Positions 40,193 through 53,670 of a stretch of 64,000 nt of DNA are shown in pieces. The notes below the pieces were generated by a model. It was not told the DNA's origin and made no database searches. It worked only from the letters and a program-made list of their open reading frames with translations. Position 1 is the first letter of the stretch. Each line of letters opens with the position of its first letter. Origin of the DNA: Harriotta raleighana (Eukaryota); assembly GCA_050575255.1 (NCBI GenBank), contig JBNZDD010013717.1:3864120-3928119 (forward strand), written 5' to 3'. The translations under genes and the position numbers were made by a program.

Positions 40193-42044
40193 CTATTCAA
40201 TACAAATAAATCAGTATAAAATAATTGCTGGTTGTTATACTTTCATTTATTTACACTTTTTATTATTTATCTCCAAAGCATTGTCCGGGTTCTCACTGTT
40301 TTATTAATTTTGATTTAAATTTGCCTTATGGTTGAGATATATACAGTACAAAGCTCCAACACCCCACCAGACCCCAACTTTTATGGTGAGTGAGGGGGAA
40401 ATCAGTCATTTTACAAGGTCATTCCAACTTGTCCAGTCACAAAGGGACAGAAAATGGAGACTACCTCCAGTTATCCTGGTTTCTATTACCCTCCTAATCC
40501 AAATTTACCCCAAATTAAAATTATTTGCCAATTGATTTAACTGTTGCTCAAGACAATGATCACTCTAATACACTACAAATGAAGGCCACTATGTAAATGC
40601 AAGTTGGTTATTGTTGTGTGGGGCATTTGGTGCATAACTTCCTGATCAGAAACAGACTCCATATGAGCTACCACCATTTCTATTTCCCAGAACTGTACAC
40701 TTCTATTCCCTTCTCCCTCATATTTGCATTAAGTTTTCTCTTAAATACATTGATGCTTTTTGTTTCAACTACAGATTACAGGAGTGAACTCCCCTGCTGG
40801 CAGAGATTAGCTGCCAGGTTTGCCTATGTAACATTTATTTCATTTTCCATTCAATATAAAGTGGATTACATATGCTTTGAGACAATAATTTTACATGAAA
40901 AGCATTGTATAAATGCAAGTTATTATTATTAGTTCCAAGCAAAAGAAAAAGGATTCCAAGCTAATGTATAAACCAAGTAAAATGCAAAGTAAAATCTCTC
41001 TCTGTTCTACTGAATAGATGCATTGTTCCCAAACTCAGAAAAGTATTTTCTACAAGACCAATGTGAATAAATCTTTAATTTCCTACATCGTCGATCTGAA
41101 TAATCGCTAAGTGTGATTTGCCATGTTTTGCCAAATCATGGTAGATTTTATGCTATCGTCACATGATCCAAGTGCTGATTCAGTTAGCAGAAGTAGATTA
41201 CTGTTATCCAGATTCCATGAATGGCACCTATAATGGGAAATTTGAATATTGCAACCAGAAAATTGAAACAAAAAAACAATTTCAAGCAACACATTATACA
41301 GCCTACATTATAAAGCTTTCTTGTATTCTGTTACCAAAGCATAAATATTTTATTACAAAGTCAATTCCATACTACTAGGCCCTATGTCAGTATCATCTTT
41401 ATTGCTCTTCCATCTACAATACACTGCCTCTATTATGGCTGCTGGCTGCACAAAACACAAAGATCGATGTTCAATTTTTAAAGTACACTTTGGTGTAAGG
41501 TAAATGTCTTCATTCAGTTTAAGGCAAAAAATCAATTTCATGGTTTGGGGGATGTTATGAATTACTCCAGAAATCATCAGTACTGCCTGGTTGAATTAAG
41601 GTCTCTCAACTCTATATATGTTTACAGAATCTTTCTCTCATGCCCATTGGCTTTTCACTCCAAAACAGTCAATAATTTTTAAAGTAGGAAGTGAGGTTGG
41701 CAGTGATGTGCTGACCTGAAAAGTAGCCATTTCAGCTTCCTATGCTAAGAAAAAGGTTTGACATCTACATCGTTGAGTCACACGCATTATTTCCCGCTTA
41801 GCACATCAGTAGCATAAACAAGAGTTGATCGGTTGTGGTGGTAAAACGACCTGAACATTTTATCTTTTTTGTTGGAAATTTAATAGTATGCACACTCAAA
41901 CAAACTAGTGTTCACACAATAATGCTTTGCAGAGTTTTATGGATCCTAGACACTACATTATAATGGAGCTGTACTGAGAAAGTTATTGTCATAATCACAC
42001 ACCAAAGCCCAACAACTGATAGAGTTGTTTAGAAGTGACCTGAC

Positions 42045-42187
42045 CTGCTTTCCTTTTAGCAATGTGAAGATTGGAAAGAGGAGGGAATCAATAACAATAC
42101 TTCTGTAGAGGCATTCTGTGGCACACTCTTTTCGGCCACATAACATACGCAGAACTTCCATCACAAGATTTGCCGGCAGATAAGAAT
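42045..42187 (-). CDS. TBC1D32: TBC1D32 exon: (D)SYLPANLVMEVLRMLCGRKECATECLYRSIVIDSLLFPIFTLLKGKQ
   Basis: 143 nt after a 99-nt intron, tttcag| ... CAG|gtcag, phase 1-0. Confidence 0.94.
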
Positions 42188-42286
42188 CTGAAAACAATTA
42201 TAAATACTTCAACTAAGCATTCAAGTCAACAATGTCCAACTACATACATTTTGTATCCAGGGAATATCAGAGAACTTCCTGATTAC

Positions 42287-42379
42287 CTGTTTGTACAAGA
42301 GTTCCTGTCTTTGTTGAGTTTGAGTTTTGGTACATCAAGCGAATTAGCAGAACTAATAAATCCATCAGAGATACTGGCT
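42287..42379 (-). CDS. TBC1D32: TBC1D32 exon: (E)PVSLMDLLVLLIRLMYQNSNSTKTGTLVQT
   Basis: 93 nt, aattag| ... CAG|gtaat, phase 1-1. Confidence 0.9.
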
Positions 42380-42546
42380 CTAATTCAAATAAACAAATCA
42401 TATATCAGTTTACAGTATAAATCTTGTAATTAATACATTTTAAATTCCGTTTTACACAAGATATCTATCAAAGAGGAGCGCAGAAAATTGTTGAGAGCTT
42501 TTTCTATAGGGTACTAAGTGTTTAATTTGCACTTCAGAATGATTGT

Positions 42547-42628
42547 AGAGTCCTGTGGCTCATTGGTTAGAGAGATCTGGGTTCAATTCTAGGCAGGGCG
42601 AAACCTTGAGCAAGTTTCCCTACTCCAA
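42547..42628 (+). mobile_element. SINE head fragment
   Basis: AGAGTCCTGTGGCTCATTGGTTAGAG ... GGGTTCAATTCTAGGCAGGGCGAAACC matches the family head. Confidence 0.7.
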
Positions 42629-45173
42629 TGATTTATTCAATTTTCAACGTAGCTCAGTGGTTTAATCTGAAGCCAATATTTCACCAAACGAAGGTTCCAC
42701 AGTCAATTAAAAGGTTAAAAGCCACAAGGTGGTGGTGAAAAACTTTCAAGCAGGCTTCAAACCAAAGTCTCTTGGATTAGAAAGATGTTCTCTCACCAAA
42801 CTGTCAATTGTTAAATGCCACGTTTTCAATAGTACTTTCCAATGATGTGATTTATGATACTAGATCATATTTCCAATCCTATTAGCATGTTATCTCATAA
42901 TAGTTCATAACGCAGGATACCGTTTGGATACTATTATAGTGCATTGATTTTATAATTTGCAGATTAGTTTTCAAAGCTTTCATAAGAATACATTTTTTTA
43001 AATGTTTATCTCTAACCATATCAGGAAATCTGTGTGTAAAAGAAAGTTAATTTCACAATGTATCCAACATAAATTAATCAACAACTAGAACTTGTATTTA
43101 TATATCGGCCTTCACACCTGTGTCTTGGGACGTTCTCCAGATATGAAAGGTGCTATACAAATATAATTTTGTTGCTGTTCATATAGACAGCATCTCGGAA
43201 TGTTAATCATCTACATATAATAAATAAGTCTGCCAAACATGCTTAACCCATTTTAGCGACAAACGAACTAATGCAAGATTTAACATTAGATAGAAAATAA
43301 TGGGTAAACAAGGCGTAATTTTCATAGCTAACAAAATTTGATACTCTAGCCTTTTCTGACAATGCAAGAAATAATTGATTAAAGTGTTGTTATTAACTTT
43401 AAATAAATGTTACAAATATATACTCTTCAAAGGATACAAGTTTCTTCATCTCTACTACATTATACTACATTTTATATCTATAAAAGCTGGTTTTATTGTT
43501 GCATATTCTAAAAGTAAAGCAAATTGCCAACTTCCAGGTAAATGGGTCACCCAACGTGACTTTTGGTTTTCTGTGCATGTACAATGCGGGAAATGTTGTT
43601 GGCTTTAACATAAAAACCACAAAGTCTGTCATTTTTAGCACGAAAAACTAAAAGTTACAAATTATGGGTTTTAGGTCACTGACAATATCACATCCTATTT
43701 CACACAGATGAAGCAAAGTAGGAATTGAAAAGCAACTGAATCAGAAACCAGACATTTTAACAGGAAAATCCAATCCACATGTGGGAAGTGAATGGATAAA
43801 TGGGGCTCACACTGTATCCACGTTATAAATGAATTCATTTGAAGTACTGTACTATGGTAGGTACATAGTATAGTGATATCGGGCTACATTATAATACTTC
43901 CTTTAAAATACCTGAATTGCACTATCTGAGACAGGGAAATGTGCACAGGTGCAATTTATGTGCATACTGCACCAATATCAATCTATACATGTTTTAAATT
44001 TAAACATTAGTTTGTAAAACCTAATTGATGATCCAGAGGATTGCTGATAGTTTTTTGTTCAGGACCAAATTAGATTGATGCTGGTAAAAGTAGAATTATA
44101 CTACAATTGAATCTACTGAATTGAATATTCAATGTATAAAAGGATGTGCCAAATGTTCCTTGTGTCAATTGTCGCACACTTTATGTACATATTTCTTTCA
44201 ATTATGTTGAAAGTACAGGAACAAAGCATTTTGATAAATTCAAACAAAAGTAAATGATTGAGACTTGGTGGTCAAGATGACTTTGAGAAGATCATTCTAC
44301 CATCACATTAATTCACACTCTGCAGTATAAATATGACATCTTAGCCTCATTGATATGGATGGAGGTTATGCACATCCTTCAAATGGAATAATAATAATAA
44401 ACCTTGCATTTGATACAGTGCCTTATCATGTCTTCGACACCTCTCAAAGTTCTTCACCGAATATATTGTAGTGAATTAACTGTAAATTTTGGGGAGTAAG
44501 GAGAATTCAATGGCAGAATATCCGTATTGGTTAGTTTAAATTTTGCCCAGGGAGATAAATAGTGGGGATCTTAGCCTCTAAAATAAAATATTTTGAAATA
44601 TCACACGGAACAGATTTAACTGCAGCAGATGGAATAAATTGGATAAGATATCAAACTTGAAAAAGTGAGAGGAATCACATGGCAAAGTAGAAAATTGATT
44701 TTGATAGTACTAAGCGGAAGGAAAGAGACTTGCTTTCCTATCACAACAGCTACAGTGCAGCTCATTTTACTGTCGTTTTTGGTATTCATTAAATTACAAT
44801 CCATGTTATGAGGCACGGTAATTTGACTGCCCGTCCATGCAGCCAGCTGACTCACTGCCCAATTGCCATGCATTCATGCTAAAAGATTAAATGGTTGATT
44901 TCTGGATAACTGAGTAGACCAACATCATTTCCTGCTTTGTGCACGTAATTTCGAATGTCCCCTGATGGACCAGAAGTCATCCATTTTCGCAAGAACAGCT
45001 AGTTTGGTACGTGGGAAGTAAACAGGTGAGCTGGCCACATGTGCAGTGAATGGAGTCCACAATGCAACCATTGCTATAAGTAAATTCACATTATAGTGGA
45101 TCTTATTATAACTGTGTTTATGTTTTTAAGCTTCACTGTACAGACTTCAGTAACACAATTGAAAGTTTGTTAC

Positions 45174-45314
45174 CTTTTCTGTTTTTCACCTTCACCGGAA
45201 ACAGAGTTCTTCCATGAGTGTACATCAGTAATCTTCCCAGGAGGCAAAGCGAATGGATAAAGTAAATATATTGCAGCTCATGCCTTGTATAGTATGTCCT
45301 ACGTACACTATTAT
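45174..45314 (-). CDS. TBC1D32: TBC1D32 exon: (N)[46 protein letters not shown]
   Basis: 141 nt, [18 protein letters not shown] motif, phase 1-1. Confidence 0.95.
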
Positions 45315-45538
45315 CTTTAAATACAAGAAACAAAACACAGTTATTAACAAGTTTCAAAGTCTCTCAATGTGAAAACAAAACAAAATATTGATAATTGTCT
45401 TAAACAGTACCCTGCTCATCATATTCTTTATTTCACAACCTAATATTAAAATAGATTGACAATAGATTTAAATTAGATACACAATCTTTTTCAGTGCAAT
45501 ACTTTGAATATACAACTTTGGCTAACAAAAGTACTCAC

Positions 45539-45641
45539 TTAGGTGATGTTGATGCATCTTGGTATTTAAATTGCCAGATCCATCATCCCCTAAATTACCT
45601 GAATCAAAGTAATCTAGACACTGCTGAACAGCTGCAGCTAT
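45539..45641 (-). CDS. TBC1D32: TBC1D32 exon: IAAAVQQCLDYFDSGNLGDDGSGNLNTKMHQHHL
   Basis: 103 nt, ttacag| ... |gtgagt, phase 0-1. An internal same-phase donor at 45598 makes the 3' boundary less certain. Confidence 0.85.
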
Positions 45642-45835
45642 CTGTAAAAAAAAGTAGTTGATTGATTAAAGTGTTGGTATGACTGTGAAATTCAGTTTAA
45701 CCCTTCAGATATAAATGCTCTCTGTGGCCTTCCTAGTGTTTTATCAATTGCAATCATATTTTATTTCAATTTCTAGACTTAGTGCAAACACTACACATTT
45801 CTTAAAAATTCTCTATGATGTTTTACCCATTTAAA

Positions 45836-46105
45836 AACAACAACAAAATTACATTTGTATTGCGCCTTTCACGTCAGGAGGACGTCCCAAGGCGCTGGAC
45901 AGTCATTGATTCAGATCCGAGCTGAAGACAGAGTGGGGGGGAGNGCGCCTTTCACGTCAGGAGGACGTCCCAAGGCGCTGGACAGTCATTGATTCAGATC
46001 CGAGCTGAAGACAGAGTGGGGGAAGAAGTTGCTAATGGGACCATCGAAGAGCAGAGTCTTGAGGCGTGACTTGAAGGAGGCTGGGGAGGGGGTGAGGCGG
46101 AGGGC
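45836..46105 (-). mobile_element. L2 3' end, partly duplicated across an N
   Basis: Tail plus SFKSRLKTLLFD. Confidence 0.8.
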
Positions 46106-47014
46106 TGTCAATGACAAACCAGCCTTGCTGATCAACATGATTTACAGAACAAACCAGTCACTCATTGGGATACTTCCCACTCAGTTCCTTTTCAAACTAC
46201 AGACCAAAGGAGACTACTGGTTAGGGTGATCCAACTTACACAAAGTGAAAATTCCACGCATAGTTAACGTGCATGTATGGAAGTCTGATTTGGTTAGCTC
46301 TGACCCATTTCTGTATCTGTCAAACGGGCTGAGCAAAATATTTTGTTTAAGTTTGCCAAAAGACCAACTTTCCAATTGCAAGTTAATATTTTTTGGTTAA
46401 TAGTGGTGTTCAATAGCATGCTTTTCGTATACAATTTTCACTTTGTGTAAGTGTATGCAATGCATTAGGGCTTTCATCTTGTCAAAAGTGAGTAATGGTT
46501 TGGGGTACTGCCACCTGGGGCAAAGCAGCACATCATTTCTATTTTCTTTATGCAGTGGATAAACCATTAAGAAAAATATTGAGAGGACAGCAACCATCAT
46601 ATCAAGAGAGGTTGTTAGAATAACAAGGCCAGGACTAAGGCTGTCAGAAAAATAAACAAAATTGGTTCTACATTTGTATAATTACTGGCTACTTTTGAAA
46701 TACCTTGCATGGTTAATTGTAGATTTTCTTTTTTGGTCAGTCAGGTGTCTGATACATGTGGAAACCCATTACCATGCTTAACAGTATCTAAAACAGACTG
46801 AGAGGTCCATACCTAGCTGCCTACACATCGACATTTTCATGTCTGAATGGAATGCATTTCCTGCTCACTTAATTCCAGGGAATCTTAGGCACAGGTTGGC
46901 AGAACCAAGGCTTGTAGATTACAACAACTTCATTTATATTGGGCCCTTCATTCAAGGTAGCATCTCAGACGGTTTAAATGAATGTTGGTGTGCATCACAA
47001 ATTCACAATTGTTA

Positions 47015-47270
47015 GTCAGTCATCAGAATCAGGAGTTCATCAAAGAGGCCCTCAATGACCTTGGATGAGTGATTGAATTTGCTCAAGTTGAAGAGTTTGT
47101 CAGATGTACAAAACATGATGCATGCACCAGATTTTTCAGAGCTTCATTAATCACCTTAACAAACAGAAAGTGAAAATCACTTAGTTTGTGCATAAGCCTT
47201 GCTCAACTCCCCCTTTAGAGATGGTGAATGGTTCTGATATACAATGGAGCCCATTGGACTTCATAACACT
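47015..47270 (-). mobile_element. RTE-clade LINE RT remnant
   Basis: Minus-strand frames give SEPFTISKGGVEQG ... DKLFNLSKFNHSSKV ... ELL(x)DD, matching the RTE pattern SEPF.I..GVKQG / G.LFNL.RL...TKV...ELLFADD. Confidence 0.65.
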
Positions 47271-49785
47271 TTTACCTAGAATGTGGACATGATATGTGCA
47301 GGGGAAACATGTGCAGCACCCAGATACTGATGTCAGTGGGGATCTAGTAATCAGCCATTGCAGGAGACAGCTAGCATTTGGGAAGTGAGCCAGTCTGCTG
47401 CACCCATGGCCAATGAATCAATAGGGTTTAGACCATAAACAAACTAGCTCTAGAATGGGGCCGCACTGTATTTAATATGTACATTATTACACTTCCAGCA
47501 GTTTCATTCCAGTCTCCCAATCACAGCTGTGTGAAGTTCTTTGTGGCGTGCTCCTCATATGAAAGGCTCTAAGATGGAAGTTTCTGTTGTTATTGAATAT
47601 CAGAAAAACTTTTTGTCTTAATAAGTGCAGTGTTCAACTTGATGAACACTTGAAAATAAAATTTCATAAACTCATCCTGCTCTGCTTGACAAAACCCCTC
47701 ATACGCCAAGTTTAGAATTGTCCGGTTATATGTCTGGAATTATTATTTCCAATTGTTTTAAATTTCTAAACTGTATTGAAAGGGATCCTTAGTCCAAGCG
47801 CTCTGAGACGCCATCCGGTGTAGAGGGCGCTAAATGAATCAAAGTTGTTGTTGTCTCATTTTGTTATTTCCTGTGCATACCTATCAGAGGATGTGATGCC
47901 ATGGCTGTTATCCCTGCCATGTTTACCATTTACTGTACTTATATGTTAAAGAAGGAAAACAGAAAAGGGAAAAACAGCTTTCCTCATAACAAAATTACTT
48001 TAAAAATAACTACTTTGTTCAATATCATATGTCACAAAATGGCTCCCATTCAATGGAAAAAATCAATATGTTACAAAAACAAAAATCTTAAGAGACAATA
48101 GCTGAGGTAGTATAATCGATTATTATCCGCATCATCACACAGAAAACACTGGGACCTCGATAGAACAAGTAACTGTGTGTGTGTGGTGTATGTGTGGCAC
48201 AAGAGTTGCTTCTACAGACTCAGAAAAAATGCTTTAAAATTCTGAGTCACTTTACTAGTTAATAACTACTAATAATTAGTTATTATTATGAAATAATACT
48301 GATTATTTAGTAATTATTAAGTACCAACAACAACCCCTGTGGCACACAATTAACTACTAGCTACGAACTGAATACATACACATGCACTAATATGTGTTGC
48401 TTTTCATAGATATTCATTATTTCCCACAGATATTTTCTGCTCCAGTTTAATACATTTTCATCTCCCCAATAGGCATGAACTTAATAATGCTGCTTTGTGG
48501 AAAAGCATTAAATGCCTTTCAAAATCCAGGTAAATTACATCAACCATTTCACCTTATCCATAAGGTCTGTAGCTTTCTCAAAGAAATCCAATAAATATGT
48601 TAAACGTGTTAAGCACAACCTTCCACTTTTAAAGCCATGCTGGCTGTCTCTGATGAAAATCAATTTCCTATGCTTCCTTTTCTATCAGACAGATCCAATC
48701 ACTACCCATATTACATTAAAGTATTATTTAAGCAAGCTTTAAAGCACTGGGACACATAAATCACTGCAAAAAACATAACAGTACAATGTTATTATTACCT
48801 CTCTATGGTACACATATTCCAAGAATTTTTTTTTCCAGCCATGGTTAACTTTTTTTTATTAAGAACAGAATAGAATAACATACATGATATACAATATTAC
48901 CATTAGCAAAGTGAGGTGACTTTTATACCAGCTGTATCAATGAGAGTGTTGCAAAACCACATTTAGTTAATTTCATTTGATTTAAACTATAAACACCTAG
49001 ACTGACCACCTGCTCTGTAACAGCTTGATTCCCAATTTTGTATTCTGGATTAAAAGAATAAACTATTTTCATAAGTCTGCCTTTGAAAGACATGGTAGAT
49101 GAATTAGGCATATTTTAGTGTTCCAACAATTGTGTGCAATACATCAGGGAAGCCTGTGTCAGGAACCAATTTACGTATAATAGCTACTGGGCTTCTGTGG
49201 CTCAAAATCCCACTGAGTTTTAGCCTGTAAAATGATTGTCCTAAAAGTTAAGGTTAAATGTAATTGTGGAAAATTCCTAAATTCAGTCAAAATTTGAAAA
49301 ACATTTTTTGAAGAACTGTTGAAAACAAGATTCTGATTTAGGAGTAAATTTAAAAAGTTTCCCCAATTATGAGAAGTTTTACATTTTAAGATAAATGTAC
49401 TGCTGTTTTACAGGCTAAGTCAAGGTGGAAGTTCAAAACGTATAATAAAGATATTGAAAAGAGATTTTGATTTATATTATATCAACAGGGAGTTCTTAAG
49501 AAGAAGCTCACAAAGAGGATTTGGTGAAGTTTCCCATGAGTACTTCTTAAAGTTTGGAGATCTAGTACTGTCTAGTATAATAGAATGGATTCCCTTCTAC
49601 TTCTTAAATTTTCTGGCTTCCTGAATATATCTTCATAATCCTCTTCATTACATAAATCCATGTAGGATTGCAAAAAAAAAGTAACACTTACAAAAGACCA
49701 AGGACATCAGGGTTTAAATTGATAACCTAGTGTTACAAGAGATTTATTATTAATATAGATTTGATTCTTAATCCTAAAAACTTAC

Positions 49786-49845
49786 CAAAGACTTGTATTT
49801 ATTTTCAAGGAGTCTTAGAACCACTGTTCTGCTGTAGTAACCATG
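49786..49845 (-). CDS. TBC1D32: TBC1D32 exon: HGYYSRTVVLRLLENKYKSL
   Basis: 60 nt, ctatag| ... |gtaag, phase 0-0. Confidence 0.94.
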
Positions 49846-50064
49846 CTATAGAAAGGAAACAAATTCTATTAATATTCTCATGGAATTTAAAGCTGTTCCT
49901 ATATACTGTACATATATTTTTAAAAACTGGACAACAATCCTCGCTTTGTTGATTTTTAGATAGCAGGTTAACTATTTAAAATCAACAGTTAATATCTAAC
50001 CCAGTGCTATCAATAATAAATGCATTTACCACATAACATATCCAATCAAAGTTCCACAAAATTA

Positions 50065-50842
50065 CAGTAAAACCTTGTTTATCTGTGACTCGATGAACCG
50101 GAAACCCGGTTCAACCACCACCTAAAAAAAAAAGTCCCGATTCGATTAACAGTAAGTTATCCGGCAAAAAGTGATGACGCGTTTAATGAATGGACTATTG
50201 CAAGCGAGTGCAATACCCGCGGTTGACCACTAGGCGTGTCTAAACTGGTGAGACGCTCAGAGCCCTGGGCAGCAGCCATTTTTACAGTGAAACACCCAGA
50301 GAGGTTCACCCACACACAGATAAAGAGACAAGACCACAGATAGAGAGACACACACACTCAGATACAGAGAGGGAGGAAGACACAGAGAGATAGAGACACA
50401 CACAGACACACAGAGAGAGAGAAAGAGGGGGAAAGAGAGAGAGACTCACACACAGACAGAGAGAGACACATACCCAGACATGGAGAGAGACACACAGATA
50501 CAGAGAGAGAGAGACCACACAGAGAGAGAGAGAGAGAGACAGAGAGAGAAAAAGTCGTGGTTTTTCTTACCTAGGTCATTTGTATTTGTTAATGGAAATT
50601 CACGCATAGTGATGCTTATCTGAGCTATTAAAACTCAGAAGTTGCTACTTTGGTTGATTTGAGGGCTGCGATTGCAAAGTTAAGTATAAATAGAAGTACT
50701 AATACAATATTCTGTTGTTATTTAGACTATTATTAATATGGTATGTGTTAAAATAATTTTTGTAAAAAATCCGTTCAACCGGAAAAACGTTTAACCGCTA
50801 TTGGCCAGGTCCTGTGGGTGCCGGATAAACAAGGTTTTACTG
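50065..50842. mobile_element. MITE copy E with internal GA/CA microsatellite (about 50300-50550)
   Basis: TA|CAGTAAAACCTTGTTTATC ... GATAAACAAGGTTTTACTG|TA. Confidence 0.9.
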
Positions 50843-50882
50843 TACTTCCCATTAAGATCCAGGTGATAATTTGAAGTATAAC

Positions 50883-51112
50883 AATAATAAGCCTTGCATT
50901 TGATACAGTGCTTTTCGCGACTTCTAGACGTCTCAAAATGCTTCACAGAATATACTGTAAAGTGAACTGACTATATATATGGGGCAGGCAATTGCGCACG
51001 GCTGTGCCCCACAAATGTCGTGGATTGAAATGACCGAATTATTGTTTTTTATATATATTATCAAACATGTGGAGTAAGCAAACCTAACCAAGATTTCGCC
51101 CTGCTGGGAATC
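50883..51112 (-). mobile_element. Deu-type SINE, 5'-truncated
   Basis: Tail and core on the minus strand, next to MITE copy E. Confidence 0.8.
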
Positions 51113-51620
51113 AATGATTCGGCTGTAACAATTTCTCCAAATATTATATTCATATCTGCAATGCTAATCACAATCAATGATATCTAACTGTAAATTGTAT
51201 TTTCAATTAGATATACAGTATTAGAATTTACGGGGTGTCCTTGGAGCAGAATCAAGCAGGTCAGAATCAAGCTTGTCTTCTGTGATGACCTCTTGTCCTG
51301 TTCCTGAGCCAGGCAGGCTTGCCCGAATTAGGAATGTGGGAAATTTCCATGCATTCCACTTACACATTCCATTCCAACAATCTAGCTGTGGGATCACCAT
51401 GTGTAGGTAGAAGCATGTAAATTTTGTTTGATTTGGATACTCTTAAGAATGGCAATGGTTTTCCGCATCAGGCTGACCCAATTTTTTGTTACATATACAT
51501 GCAACACTTTTCTGCATAATAACATTCCTAAATAATTTTATAATAATCAACTGTTTAGGTATGCAGAAATAAAGTTATAAAAAGCTGCATGTGTTAGTTT
51601 CTCAGTACTGCATATATACA

Positions 51621-51863
51621 CAGGTATCCCCCGATTTACGACGCTTCTATTTACATCGCTTCGATTTAACGAACATAATTTTTTAACACCTTTTTATCGA
51701 TCGACGACATTTGGTTTTGTTTTAACGACAAAAAACATGTGACACATCTGTTTTGCTCATACGCAGTACATAGTGTATTTTGTGGGACCGCATGGGAAAC
51801 CGCATTTCGATTTACGTGACATTTTTCAGGAACGCAACCCTATTGTAAATCGGGCAATACCTA
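51621..51863. mobile_element. Second Tigger-like MITE family
   Basis: TIRs CAGGTATCCCCCGATTTAC ... GTAAATCGGGCAATACCT in a TA-rich context; internal repeats of CGATTTA(C/A). Confidence 0.75.
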
Positions 51864-52852
51864 TATATACATATATATATTTGTGCACATTACACTATTT
51901 TATATATCGATAAAATATATAAATAGTAAAATAGATGGTGCAGTATATGTAAATCTTTGACCTGTAGTCTAAGTTTAAATTCAACTGATGGAATGAACCC
52001 ATTCTCTCAACTAGATGTTACATGAAATGAATTTGGTCGTCTTAAAGCAGTGCTTTGTAACTGTCAATCCATAATTCAAAGATCCTGATAGTCTCACTAA
52101 TAGAGGTCACACAAATGGCTGGAATGGAATACACAAGTAGTATTGTGGAGGAATAATGCAAAGGGAGCATTGTCCAAGATTTCATCTTTATTTTGGAGTA
52201 AAAAACAAAATGTTTGCAAGTTGGCAGCCTCTGATGAATAAAATCCACATTTCCCAGCAATTAAGTTATCATCAGAGTTTCTATTGCCTAAGAAAGGGTC
52301 TGCCACCAGAGCAAAATGTATTGCCCTAAATACAGCAGCACTTAGAATATCCATCAGTACATATAACAGTGATTCAAAGGAATGTCTTTAATTTTGAGAG
52401 TCAAAGCTCTAATGTTATATAGTGCTCAACAAGTACTGTGAGTTTAGTCATTCATTTAAAATTCAGAATCAAATACTGGACATTTTTTCTATCTTTTCTT
52501 CAATAACCGATTTGGGACTCAAATCACTTCAGCTTGTAATCACTGCGATAGAATCATAGAAATTACAACACAAAAAGAGGCAATTCGCCTAATGCTTGCA
52601 CTGTGAATAATTTAATAGATATGTTTCATAGCAAGGGAAAACTATTTTATGCCAGCAATTTAGAATGGATTAAATACCAGATCCCAGAGGTGAATTAACA
52701 ATAGCCTGCATAACAGTACAACCCTTCTTAGAAATAATGCATATACTGTTTATGCATATTGATTTATTCAAATTTAGTTGTACAATTGATTCTGTTATAT
52801 TTTATAGTATGCTTCCCTCTCCATCAAAGAATTGTTTTAACTTATTATTTAC

Positions 52853-53003
52853 CATCCATTTCTTGAACCAGGAGGCTTTTATATCCAACAATGCCAGGAA
52901 GTAGACAGGCTCCAGCACAGGGTATGAGGGATCGACTCTGGGACTCTGCTCATGAGTTACTGATAGCAAAGACAGAGTGCTCTCCACTATCTCCTCCATG
53001 AAC
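52853..53003 (-). CDS. TBC1D32: TBC1D32 exon: [50 protein letters not shown]
   Basis: 151 nt, overlaps ORF 52802..52999; taaag| ... ATG|gtaaa, phase 2-0. Confidence 0.95.
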
Positions 53004-53397
53004 CTTTAGAAATTGATATAGAGGATTTACAACTGCTGTTAACCACGACAAAAATTAAATGTTGAAACAGATTTTACGTATTGATATTTGCAATGTAGCA
53101 TTATTTATGCTATAATGTTATTATGACAAGCTAAGCAATATACTGTATATTACTTGCAGGAAAAACATAAAACCATAAATTCCGAGCACATATTTGCAAG
53201 GCTTGTCATTCGTTATAATTTCTGTGATAAATTCTTGCTGAAGTTTTCAGTTTAATAGATTACATTATATGTGATTAAGTGTTCTATTATCAAGATGTAC
53301 AGGCACAGAACATGAAATGAATAAGACATTAGTGAAAGCCTATATTTCATGCTTTATTTTTAATCCGTCAGAAAACTATTAAAATATTGGAACATAC

Positions 53398-53459
53398 TTC
53401 TCTGGATGACGTATCCAAAACAAGTGAACTTCTTTCTGGAACTCATTAAGGAGACGAAA
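53398..53459 (-). CDS. TBC1D32: TBC1D32 exon: FRLLNEFQKEVHLFWIRHPE(K)
   Basis: 62 nt after a 107-nt intron, ttacag| ... |gtatg, phase 0-2. Confidence 0.94.
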
Positions 53460-53566
53460 CTGTAAAAAGATGTCAGGAATTTTAATTAAGAATTTTTTAC
53501 TTTAAAAACTCAACTTGCACCATTGAAAAGACAAAAAAAAATACAATTTATAAACTCTAAGACTAC

Positions 53567-53670
53567 CTTTTTAAGTAGTCGCACAATGTCAGGATTTGTG
53601 ATATCCACACCAGCAGAGAGAGTGGGAATTTGACTTGGCTGTGATGTAAAGCAGGACTCCAAATGCTTAG
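53567..53670 (-). CDS. TBC1D32: TBC1D32 exon: (A)[34 protein letters not shown]
   Basis: 104 nt, ttgtag| ... AAG|gtagt, [13 protein letters not shown] motif, phase 1-0. Confidence 0.94.

Noticed and set aside
45862-46022. Direct repeat of about 78 bp flanking a single N at 45944
   Set aside because: Identical sequence on both sides of a gap character is the signature of an unmerged contig overlap, so probably an assembly artefact. Other gaps are at 17001-17010 and 60049.
52042-52354. Intronic ORFs as an extra exon or nested gene
   Set aside because: No recognisable homology, and the flanking exons 52853 and 49786 already join in frame with no gap relative to the known protein.
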